18,251 nt of DNA from Takakia lepidozioides (lineage: Eukaryota > Plantae > Bryophyta): contig JAKLZA010000361.1 in the NCBI GenBank assembly GCA_030704615.1, forward strand, positions 1 to 18,251, in the 5' to 3' direction. Both the position numbers and the translations under genes were made by a program. This document shows, one piece after another, positions 8,565 through 18,251 of the stretch. The first letter of the stretch is position 1. The number at the start of each line of letters is the position of its first letter. The notes below the pieces were generated by a model. That model saw nothing but the letters and a program-made list of their open reading frames with translations. It searched no databases and was not told the DNA's origin.

Positions 8565-11500
8565 ATGAAGAGAGTGAGAGGAATGGAGGAAATCAGGGTG
8601 AAGAGCACCACAATTCTGCAGAAACAAACGATTGCTACCCCACAGGCGATACAGATACTGGAGGAGCTGAGATTGCAAGGATTGCAAAGCCAGATTGGAC
8701 ACTACACCATAGACAGTACATGTTACAATTTTTGCAGAACTTTGAGCCAAGGACAGGAACAACAACGGTGAAGGGAGTTGAATTAATGATTACTCCCCTA
8801 TACCTCCAGCAATTGTTTCGATTGCCAGCAGGTCAGGTGCATGTGGAGCAACACAGGGCAAGACTGCAAATAGAGGACTTTATTCCAAGAAGGGAGTTTC
8901 TTTAAAACTCAGGGTTATGCTTGTACCAAGGCTGTGTACCCAGGGTTAAAAGAGGTAGGCCAGGTATTGAACGTTCTGATTGCCATGAAACAGAACCAAC
9001 AGTATTTGAGCAGATCCTTCACGGAGGAAATACTCAAAGGCCTGAAGGGACGAGAGGTACAATGGGCGGACATAATGTACAACGCACTGGTAGAGGAGAT
9101 GAAAAGATTACAAGGTACTACCGCAAAGTCTCCTATCATAGTGTCTGGCCCAATCATTGCTCAAATAATCCTTGTTCTGGCATACTTAATGCACAAGAAA
9201 GAAGGAGGAAATGGGAGTGTTTGAGCCAGAAACAACTGCAATGGAAGAGCAAGGCTCTTCACACAGTGAGGGTGGACTAGCAGGGCAAACCCGAGACTAA
9301 GAGGCAGAGACGGGGAAAGACTGTAGTGGCGGATCCACTGGCTTCACGGATTCCGCATGATAATGTTTCCCAAGCTCATGGCCAGGAAGGGGCACAGCAG
9401 CACAGAAGAGAAATGCTATTACTGGAAGCAGGACCTTCAGAGAGGGAGGAGGGAAGTTACTTCTGCATCACAACCATCACAGCCACTGAACGACTTGTCA
9501 CAAGGTCACAAGTTATCCATGCAGCTCAACCAGAAATAATTGATTTGGAAAGTGAAGGGTTAGATATTCCAACTACAGAACAGATAGTGGCAGAAATAGA
9601 GAAGGGGGACCTTCTCTATGAATATTCTGGTCTGGTCAAGGAGACAGAAATCCCAGAGGTGCAACAGTTGCCCAGGGAAATCCTGAGGTGCATATAATAC
9701 ACACACCTGTGTCGGAGGTACCACAGGCGGAAGGTCATGACACTGTAGCACGGTGATAGATGAAGTAGTTCAGGAAGAAAATCCGGTGGGACAATGGCCT
9801 GAATGGTTAGTGAGACATCACACTGTTGAAGATCAGGAGGAACAGCAGCAACCTCACCATGATGACCCTCAACAGGCAATGCTGATGAGTTCCATAGGCA
9901 GGACACTTAATTTGTTGGGGACTTATGTCAAATCCCATGTTCCAATTACCCAATTGACAGCCTTGAAAGAGGAACTCAGGAAGGAGTTTGAGGCTCGACT
10001 TGCCACTGAGTGTGCAAACAAGGTCGATGAAGAGGTCACTCTCAAGATGAAGCAGGACTTGGGAAATACAGAAATGGCTTTGCAATTGGCCAAGCAACAA
10101 TTGATTGAGGCAGGCCTCGCGCAAGACCAGTTGCACGAAGCACATAAGCAACAGCTATACCAAATGCAGGTGCAGCATGAAAGCAAGTTGCAAGAACTGA
10201 ATGCACTACATACGGAGTTGCAGACAGTGCATAACAGGATGGCGATACAATGTGCTACATTACAACTATGCTTGACCAATCAACAAAAGAAATAAACAGT
10301 CAAGCGGAAAAATGTACGAAGGCAGAAGAGAGAATGTGAGCAAATGAAGCTCATTGTCGATATGAAGAATACAATCTGTCGCAATGAAGATACTTTCAAG
10401 CAATACAGGCAGAGATTGAAGCTGATCAAGAGAAGCACATCGTGGAGTTGCAAACAAACCATCATGGCCAATAGAATGAAATCGCGGTCATAACAAGGCT
10501 TGGAAGGAAGCCAATAATCTACTTGCTGCTTATGCGCAATTGGTTGAACCTCAGGCGAAGCGCATGAGGCTTTACAACAGCAGTTGGAATTGTACAAGCT
10601 AAGAGAGGAGCAAACTCTCAGGGGAACCACAAGCAACTTGGTGGATAACAGCCTTATGCAGGTCTGGTTAGCACAAGGGCCAGTAGAGAGGCAAAGCACC
10701 ACGGAAGCTCACCCAAAGCGAGATGAATGAGCTCAGGCTGCAGGTGCAGAACATTGCCACAACTACTATAGACAATGTCTATAGTAGGATAGCAGAGTTA
10801 CAAGAGGATGTAGACGGACTCCAGACTCAAGTGGAAGACCTCACTTCAAACATCGACCAAAAGAGTCTAACCCTCATCCCCAGCAGCTAATGGCTTCTTA
10901 TTTACAAGCCAGAACTTGGCTTTTCAGTCTTCACAGGAGGTGCAGGAGATGCCAATGATACAAGAGCCAGTACCACCACCACCACAACAAGTCACTGTAC
11001 CAGTAGCTGAACCTGTGGTTACTACAACCACACCACAGCCACCACAGCCGGAGGTATGGGGCAATGCCGCTTTTAACCCACCTAAAACTCCAGCTGCAAG
11101 GGAGTACAGTAGGGCTATGATTATGCCCTTCAACCAAATTCCATCATGTTGGATTTGGCTTGGAAAGAATTTAGTCCTCCGCAGTCATTCGCACATTACT
11201 ACCAAATCATGCGTATTTGGCTGCCAGTGGCAACTAGGACTAAAGTTCTTCCGAACAATCGACATATTGAAGATCATCACTTTGCACAATACTGGCACGA
11301 GGCAGGTACCATGTTGAGGGAATTGATTGCTTTCCAGGTTGTACATGGACTCATTTATACCAAGACCAAGGAGATAGCAAGTATTGTCATGGGGTGCGGG
11401 TTATACTACGCTGCTTGTTTTCTGGTACGTTACCACATTGAGCAACAAAAGATGCAAACACGCTTTCAAAGTTATTCCAGTGGAGATCATTGGGTATTAC

Positions 11501-12138
11501 CTTCGGTGCCACCTCATATGTACCTATATGACCCAAAAGTTATGATGCAAAAGGATTCTCAAATTCGTTCATGGTTTCAAGCGGCCTGCAACCATTTGTC
11601 AACACAGAAATTCGGATTGATGACATTTTCTATAAGGGACATGTGCATGGAAATACTTGCACGCTGCACCAGTAATTGGTACCCCACTCACCTGGACAGA
11701 CAAGGAGCTCAGTGTCTACACCAATTTTGCTGTTCAGCGGTTACACCAAGTTGTAAAATACAAACTTCCAGACATGGTAGGACAGCATTGTATGCCCCAG
11801 ATGATTACAAAAAGTTCGAAAATTAAAACACCTGAGAGGCGATGAGGATTCTGATACAACTGTTTCTTCACCGAATTCTTTTGACATGGGAGAAGACTAT
11901 GCAATTCAGATGGAAGAGAAGAAGCGAAGGGGGATCTCCTATGCCGGAAAGATTACCTCGATATCAGCCTCCAGAGGGCCTCACTTATCCAGGTAGTGAT
12001 CAACCATCTCCGTCAACCAGAGACAGACCTCGGGCTCGTACACACAGTCCGCCACGAAACTCTCAACGTCAAGAAGGTGCTCACTCACAAAGGTTTGCTA
12101 GTCGAAAATCAGTAAACCGTGAGGACACGGCTTTTTGA
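8565..12138 (+). CDS. Large sense-strand extra 3' ORF in the env-like position, probably one ~1,190-aa protein split by indels; unknown function
   Basis: A chain of + ORFs (8433-8771, 8720-8905, 8934-9224, 9326-9697, 9753-10295, 10916-11317, 11146-11826, 11842-12138) can be joined by single-base shifts. The N-terminal MLQFLQNF...TVKGVELMITPLYLQQLFRLP...QWADIM pattern resembles Athila/plant-transposon accessory domains. It is followed by a coiled-coil, a Pro-rich linker and a globular region. The stop overlaps the PPT. Confidence 0.65.
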
Positions 12139-12150
12139 GGGGGGAAGGGG
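12137..12150 (+). other. Polypurine tract
   Basis: GAGGGGGGAAGGGG, followed by TAA and the TG that starts the 3' LTR. Confidence 0.92.
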
Positions 12151-12153
12151 TAA

Positions 12154-12797
12154 TGTTTAGAGGACTGTCGGGGACTTAGACACTTATACGGGATCTGTAG
12201 GGTACCCTTAATTTTTGCACAGACTGAGACCAACAGGAGCCTTAGGGGTGACAGCAGCGCACTGTAGAGGGGGTTACACAGCCGTCACAGTCGTCACAGC
12301 CGACACAGCCAACAAGTCGTCACAGTCGTCACAGCGACACAGCCAACACAAGCCCGTCACAGTCGTCACAGCCAACACAGCCAACACAGCCCGCCAGTAG
12401 ACACACCGACACAGCCAACACAGCCCGTCACAGTGTCACAGCGTCACAGCCAACACAGAACGGAACAGCCCGGCACAGCCGACACAGCCAAACACAGTCG
12501 TCACAGCAGACACACCGACACAGCCGGTCACAGCCCGGCACAGCCACACAGCCAGTCACAGCCCGAAACAGCCAAACACAGCCAGTCACAGCCCGTCACA
12601 GTTTCACAGCCAGTCACAGCTTGACACAGTGTCACGATCATAGGGAACGAAGAGTAGGACAGGGAACGATGTGGGGAACAAACACATGCGAAGGGAACAT
12701 GTTAGTTCACAGACGACGGTTAGTGAGGGACTCTCCAATCTTGGAGTTTCCGCCTCGAATAGCGAAGGGGTGGTGTGGAGTAGTAAAAGCGGAGACA
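12154..12797 (+). repeat. 3' LTR of element A with a ~460-bp internal deletion
   Basis: Starts TGTTTAGAGGACTGTCGGGG, matching the inverted LTR end at 17818, and ends ...GAGACA. At 12730/12731 it jumps from 5' LTR position 328 to 788. Confidence 0.88.
12277..12629 (+). repeat. CACAGCC tandem array in the 3' LTR (~350 bp)
   Basis: Read directly; same unit as 1-231. Confidence 0.9.
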
Positions 12798-13973
12798 CTT
12801 CGTGCGTAGTTGGGATTCATTCATATGACCTCGCCTGCTTGATTGAGTACTGACCCTTGTTCCAGTTCAATCTTATGCTGATCAGGAACTTAGGTGGTAT
12901 CCCTTTTAGATCCTCATATCTCCAAGGCAAATACATCTCTGTATTTTGATGAACAAGCTTTTGCTTCTTCGAAGAACCGGCTCCAAATAAGCTCTTACTT
13001 TCACCATCCTCGGTTCCTCTTTAGGTCCCACAATTGACTCATTCACCTGCTCATCAGCTGTGTGATTGTCCAACCAGTCACCACTTCATCCTGTAAGCTC
13101 ACAGTGGCTGGTTCTTCTAGGATTTCTATTTCTCCTTCTCTTTCTTCATAAAATGTGATGGGTAAATGCTGGTTTCCTCTTCAGTTGGTGTTGCTGTCAC
13201 TACACCACAGCAGATACCTCTCAAACAACTTAGGCTTTCCAGCCGCATCTCTGCCCTGCTCCCACTCTGGGTGTGCAGCAAATAGGGTAGCTTCCTGCTC
13301 CTCATCCAGTCCTCCTTTCCAGTCATACTCTGTGACTCCTCGAGGTCTTCTTGTAGCAGGTAATCTACTAGATTTCTTTGTGGTAATTTGTATCTCGTGT
13401 ATCCATTATGCACGGTTAGTAACTGAGAATTCCAGTCATGGAATACCCTGGCCTGTTTCAGCCACGGACGTCCCAATAATAAGGAGTAAGCCTCCATGAC
13501 TTCATCCATTTCAATACAGTTACTGTGATCATAAAGATCATTTTCTGTATCTGTATCTTAACTCCTCTTATTAATCCCAATGGCTGTACACTTCTTTGAT
13601 CTGCCATTGTTACTGTAAATGGGGCTGGTTTCATGTTACTTAGACCAAGCTTCTTCCTTAATTGGTCTGTCATGATATTTACTCCAGAACCACCATCTAT
13701 CAGTACATCAGTTAGTTCTGTGCTTCCAATTCTCAATTGGATTACTGGCATAGAATCATCAAAGTCCATGACTGTTTCTAGCCCTTCCGGCTTCACATTA
13801 TAACTGGTCACCTTGCTGTTCAGGTCTGTGTTTCCTGTCTCTTGGGCAATTCGATTGATTGCTTGATACAGCCTGTGTCTACAATAAGGTGCCACAGCTA
13901 ATAGCTGTCCAATGGTAATTTCTGCTTTGGTCTGGCATATTACTTCAGCCAAAGTCTCTTCATTACTTTGCAT
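12798..13973 (-). pseudogene. pol: pol fragment of B: protease, spacer and RT N-terminus, truncated by the insertion
   Basis: ORF 13458-13973 with VLIDGGSGVNIM; LLLGRPWL in 13126-13509; 12798-12900 matches A 4830-4928. Confidence 0.9.
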
Positions 13974-16254
13974 GTCTGCATCTTCTTTTTTCCTTTTTCC
14001 TCACTCCTTCTTTTCTCCATCCGAATCAGAGGAATCTGCCACAGGAATATCAGTACTCTTTTGCATTTCCCTTATAGTATCTGCCACTTCCTTGTGCAGT
14101 TCCTTCTCATCTTTCCAAGTCTCTTCATCTTCAGGCATATCATTGCCACTTCCATTCTCATCTTCTTCCTCTTCTACTGGAGGTATTAGTTTGGCTTTAC
14201 TTCTTGTTACTATCATTGTACTTACTTCTGGTACAACACATGGCCTAACCATGTGAGCTGCCACCACTGGGCCCTCATTCACAGGAGCTCTCATCTCATT
14301 CTGGTGTCTTATCCAGAATGAACAGGCTGCCTTGCGATGTCCTGGCTGATTACAATAGTAACATAGCTCTTCACCATTGGGTCCTCGCCCTTGGTCTGTT
14401 CTTGGATTATTTCTATAATCCTGATTCCGGGCTGGTAATTCCCCCTTGGATTACCCTGATAGTTGCCTCTGGAATTTCCTTGGTAATTCCCTCTTGAATT
14501 ACCTCTCCCTTCCATGCCATTGTTATAACCACCAGACCTACCATAGTGGTCCTGATCATTGTTTCTTCTTGGCTGGGGCTGCACCTGATGCACCCTTACT
14601 TGCCTAGGTTCTCTTGCAGCTGTCCTTCTGTTGTAGTAACAATTCTCAGTAGAATGGTTATCCATTTTACAGATAGTACAGTGTTTCTCCTTCATGTGGC
14701 ATTCTGTGGTGGTATGGCCTTCATTCTGGCACTTTGCACACCATACACCCTTCCTCCAATGTGTTGCAGCCTCTGTGGCATACTTCTTCAAGATTTCTTC
14801 CAATTTTTTTCATAGTTATCCCTCTTCAACTTCTCCTTTCTCTTACTCTTTCTTTTTAGTTCTTGCTCTTCTTCTTCATCTGACTCATCCTCAGAGTCCT
14901 CATCTTCTTTTTTCTCTCTCCTGAGCATTCCCAATTGCTCAATTCTGTTCGCAGTTTCAAATGCCTCCTCCACTGTATTATGGGGTAACATATCCACTTT
15001 CTTTTGCAACTCTGGTCTTAGTCCACTCACAAACCAAGTCTTCTGTACCGGGCGCTGGTACTGCAGCCAGCTTTTTCATCATCAATTCCATCTTCTCCAT
15101 ATACTCTTCAACAGTTTCATGCTTCTTCTGCTTCAGCTGTTGTAAACTTCCATACACTTCATCCTCAGTTTTACTTGTCCTGAACCTATTTCGAAATGCT
15201 GTATTCAAGCCATTCCAGGTTAGGAAATGATTATCAGGGAATCTTGCATACCATTCACTTGCTTTCTTGATAAGTGAACAAGGAAACAGTCTCATCTTGG
15301 CATCATCGCCATTCTCATTGTTCACTATACACATGTGCTCAAATTGGCTAATGTGTACATCGGGATCCCCTTTTCCTGAATATATTGGAAAGGGTGGTTT
15401 TGCCCGTGTTGGTTGTAACGCCATCTGTGGCCCTACCTTCTGCCCACTGACAGGTGCTGGCACCCTTGCTGGTGCTGGTCCTTCTGGACCTGTTGTTTTT
15501 GTGGTGGATCTTCCACCAAGTGGTGGCCCTTGAGCACTCCCTGCTTCTGGCCCCACGATATTCACAGTATTCCCAGCTTCAGTTGCACTACTTCCCACAC
15601 TCCCTGTCCCCCCAGAGCCAGATCCAGGCAGCCCGCCTGATCCCCCTGAGCCGACACCTTCGTTGGCCTGTGATCCAAGTGCTCCACTTGATCCAGGTCC
15701 AACGGGTTGGGATGTCCTGGTTGTAGTCTCAACCTCAGCTGTTGGGTCTACTTCTTCATATTCTTCCTCTTCCAATTTCTTCTCTCTGTTTTCATCCTCC
15801 AAGTTCTGCCCTTGGGTTTCTTCTTCACTCATGTAACTCAACTGTAATGGTGTTGGAGAGTCTGAACTCTCGTTGGCTCTGCCACATCCTCTTCTCCTTC
15901 TTCACCTTCTGCTTCAGAAACTGGAGTTCCTGCTTTTGGTGTTCCATGCCAACTCTTATCAAAGATTTCTGTCAAATCTTTTATCCAAGGATGTACCTCA
16001 GATCTTTCACCTCGTGATTGATCTTCTTCCTGTACCAATTCCCTTAATCTTTCTTGCAAAGAAACAGAAGGAGTGGCATCCAACTCTAGTTCTTCCGGTA
16101 TAGGTGATGTACTCTTTGATCTTAATGGTGTGAGAGGTCCAGATGATTCCCCTATGTCTATTCCTCTCTCCCAAAGATATGGATAATTAGCTTTCAGATA
16201 GCTTTCTCTTTTTGCTGAATATCTCTGGCGTCTAGCTTCTCTTTCATCACTCAT
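13974..16254 (-). CDS. gag: Gag of element B (frameshifted)
   Basis: ORFs 15838-16254, 14978-15841, 14788-15030, 14309-14803 and 14001-14294 are near-identical to A gag, including the CCHC knuckles. Confidence 0.9.
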
Positions 16255-16275
16255 GTCCCATGTCTTTCATTTCTT

Positions 16276-16971
16276 TTAATGTGGCAATAACCAAAACTCT
16301 CTTCTGTAATATCTCTCGTATATGCCTGGGTTTCTTTCAAGCTTCAATGCACCCTTGGCTATACTTGAAGTCTCCGTTACCATATAACCATATGGCAAAC
16401 AAGTCTGAAAAGCTGTTCTTGGTGTGAGTTTGATCCACAAAATATCCTTTGGAATCCAATTCTTTACCAGTACAAGCTCTTCATGCATATGAGTATAAAC
16501 ATTCACCTTTCTTTCTTCCCAGCCTTCAAACTCTACTCGTTTAATGGATAGCAATGCTATCACATAAACCAATGTTGGTAACCAACGTGCTCTTCCTCTA
16601 CAGGCTACCTGATAAATCTTTATCACTCCTTTCTCCAGACCCCATTCTGGATCAGCATCATGCACTCGCTTAAGAATATTTTCTTTACAACCGTCTGGCA
16701 ATTCCAAGAACCTTTGAAAGAATTGTTTGGACAATCTTTCTTCCTTCGTTCCACAGGGAATTTGATTCACTTCAAATTCTTTAATGGTCCAACCACCATG
16801 ATCCCACCAGATGCCTGTCACATCTGGTTGTTCATGACTCAGTTCCCCAGTATGGTCGCCAAATGTCGCGCGGCTTTTACTCACCCATCCCTTCGCTATT
16901 CGAGGCGGAAACTCCAAGATAGAAGAGTTGGAAATCTCTAAGTACTCAGCCCGCGCAGAACAATCAGTCAT
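16276..16971 (-). CDS. ORF0 of element B, uninterrupted 231 aa, unknown function
   Basis: Open from an ATG inside the LTR, through the PBS, to a TAA 21 nt before gag. Confidence 0.55.
   Translation of the reverse strand: MTDCSARAEYLEISNSSILEFPPRIAKGWVSKSRATFGDHTGELSHEQPDVTGIWWDHGGWTIKEFEVNQIPCGTKEERLSKQFFQRFLELPDGCKENILKRVHDADPEWGLEKGVIKIYQVACRGRARWLPTLVYVIALLSIKRVEFEGWEERKVNVYTHMHEELVLVKNWIPKDILWIKLTPRTAFQTCLPYGYMVTETSSIAKGALKLERNPGIYERYYRREFWLLPH
16844..16861 (-). other. Primer binding site of B (tRNA-Arg-like)
   Basis: Reverse complement TGGCGACCATACTGGGGA, 2 nt from the LTR end at 16864. Confidence 0.8.
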
Positions 16972-17818
16972 GACCTACAGCTAGTGTATCATGGGGGTGT
17001 TTCCTATTTGTTTCCCTTTTGGTATTCATGTTAGCTATCTTACCATTGATAATTAAGTATCAGTTTGCTTTATCAATCTATTGGATTCCATCAACTCATC
17101 CATTCATTTCACAGCTTCACTCAGATCTCTCTACATAGTGTGATTGTATCGTAAAAGTATCCGATTATGATTTATCAGGTATCAGGCCGAAGCCATTGTG
17201 TCTCTAATCTACTCTACAATATCATTACAGCCTTGCATATATCAAGCATCTACTCATCATCTCTCTATCTTCACTTCCGTTCTTCATCTTTGCCCGATCC
17301 CCTCTCCTCCATGACCAAGAAGTCCTCCTCCGAATGATATCCCTCGATTCCCCGTTTTCCCCTTTATCTTCCTCTCCGTGGTTCTAACCGTTTCCCTCAC
17401 TAACCGTCGTCTGTGAACTAACATGTTCCCTTCACAGGTGTTGTTCCCCACAGTCGTTCCCTGTCCTACTCTTCGTTCCCTATGATCGTGACAGCTGTGT
17501 CAAGCTGTGACTGGCTGTGTGAAACTGTGACGGCTGTGACTGGCTGTGCGACTGTGTTTGGCTGTGTCGGGCTGTGACTGGCTGTGTCGGCTGTGACGGC
17601 TGTGTCAGCTGTGACGACTGTGTCTGCTGTGTCGGCTGTGTCTGCTGTGATGACTGTGACGGGCTGTGTTGGCTGTGTCGACTGTGACGACTGTGTAACC
17701 CCCCTCTACAGTGCACTGCTGTCACCCCTAAGGCTCCTGTTGGTCTCAGTCTGTGCAAAAATTAAGGGTACCCTACAGATCCCGTATAAGTGTCTAAGTC
17801 CCCGACAGTCCTCTAACA
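16864..17818 (-). repeat. Complete 5' LTR of element B (955 bp, TG...CA)
   Basis: Minus strand begins TGTTAGAGGACTGTCGGGG and ends GCGCGACA. Homology with A stops sharply at 17818. Contains a ~200-bp CACAGC array (17494-17695). Confidence 0.93.
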
Positions 17819-18210
17819 GTAAAACCCAAGGGTCGAAACTGTGTTAGGAAAGCTGTTTTTAAGGTGTTCCAATCAGGAAATGCTCCATGCTATTGTCGAT
17901 CATACCTTTGAAATGCTAATTCCCGCAAAGTGGCAGGGAACATTGTCAACCAACAGAATTCCGTCCTGGCATTATTAGCAATACAAGCTGTCATGAATTG
18001 AGCCAAATGGCGGTCATGATCTGACCCTTGCAACCCCGTAAACTGTGGCAGGGGTGATACATTGACAGTTCTATCGTTGGGCGTTCCCACATTCACCACC
18101 ACCGGAATTGATTGGAGAGCGGCCGCAATTGGTACTGCCGCCATTGGTACTAGTACAATAGGTGGTACAATAGGTGGTGCAAGGATTGCAATGGGGGGGG
18201 GGGGGTTGCT
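17819..18210 (-). pseudogene. gag: Element C: decayed gag of a different retrotransposon family, interrupted by B
   Basis: LPQFTGLQGSDHDRHLAQFMTACIANN...FPATLRELAFQRYDRQ*HGAFPDWNTLKTAFLTQFRPLGF. The Retrotrans_gag pattern continues past an in-frame TAG (17890-17892) up to B's LTR. Confidence 0.8.
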
Positions 18211-18251
18211 ATTTCATGAGTGGCATGAGCATGAGCGGAAAAAAAAAAAGC

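Larger units (their letters stand above)
1..12797 (+). mobile_element. Element A: Ty3/Gypsy LTR retrotransposon, non-chromovirus (Athila/OTA-like), near full length; the 5' LTR starts ~250 bp before the window
   Basis: Two direct LTR copies (1-851, 12154-12797), PBS at 854, PPT at 12137, domain order gag-PR-RT-RH-INT, and no chromodomain. Motifs FMDGFSGYNQV, DDFSVY and ADHLSRL resemble Athila-type pol. Confidence 0.95.
12798..17818 (-). mobile_element. Element B: second copy of the same family, inverted; 5' half only (LTR-PBS-ORF0-gag-PR-start of RT), interrupted by element A
   Basis: Reverse complement of A positions up to 4928. The break is at NPNYAQK in early RT, exactly next to A's LTR terminus. 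Confidence 0.93.

Noticed and set aside
9130-9195. Transmembrane helix indicating a true envelope protein (PIIVSGPIIAQIILVLAYLM)
   Set aside because: It lies beside a probable indel, so its end may be out of frame. No signal peptide or fusion-protein features are evident. Not excluded, but unsupported.
12215-12853. Short ORFs in the LTR arrays (also 17480-17847) and many antisense ORFs over gag/pol
   Set aside because: By-products of stop-poor repeats and of the purine-rich coding strand; no recognisable motifs.
12798-17818. Fold-back read chimera as the origin of the inverted copy
   Set aside because: The junction is not a mirror point: it joins an exact LTR end to mid-RT. The copies also differ by synonymous substitutions and array length. 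Multi-read confirmation is still desirable.
18193-18249. Poly-G and poly-A runs as a PPT or LINE tail
   Set aside because: No adjacent LTR start or TSD is visible. The G run fits poly-Pro codons of element C's minus-strand gag.

Overview
This is eukaryotic, plant-like transposon DNA with three nested retroelement layers and no host gene. Element A (+, <1-12797) is a near-complete non-chromovirus Ty3/Gypsy LTR retrotransposon with Athila-like RT/RH motifs. Its order is: 5' LTR (cut by the window edge, ends ...GACA 851), tRNA-Arg-like PBS, an extra ORF before gag, gag-PR-RT-RH-INT, a CACAGC tandem array, a probable single ~1,190-aa extra 3' ORF, PPT, and a 3' LTR (12154-12797) missing ~460 bp. 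Element A abuts the broken RT of a second copy of the same family in the opposite orientation (element B, -, 12798-17818), which creates a ~4.9-kb inverted repeat. Element B is in turn inserted into the gag of a different, decayed retroelement (C, -, 17819-18251). Most frameshifts are single-base indels that differ between A and B, so they are probably long-read errors. The best novelty candidates are the two accessory ORFs, the LTR-like internal repeat/promoter, and the hairpin ('killer-locus'-like) geometry. None of these is a proven new system.
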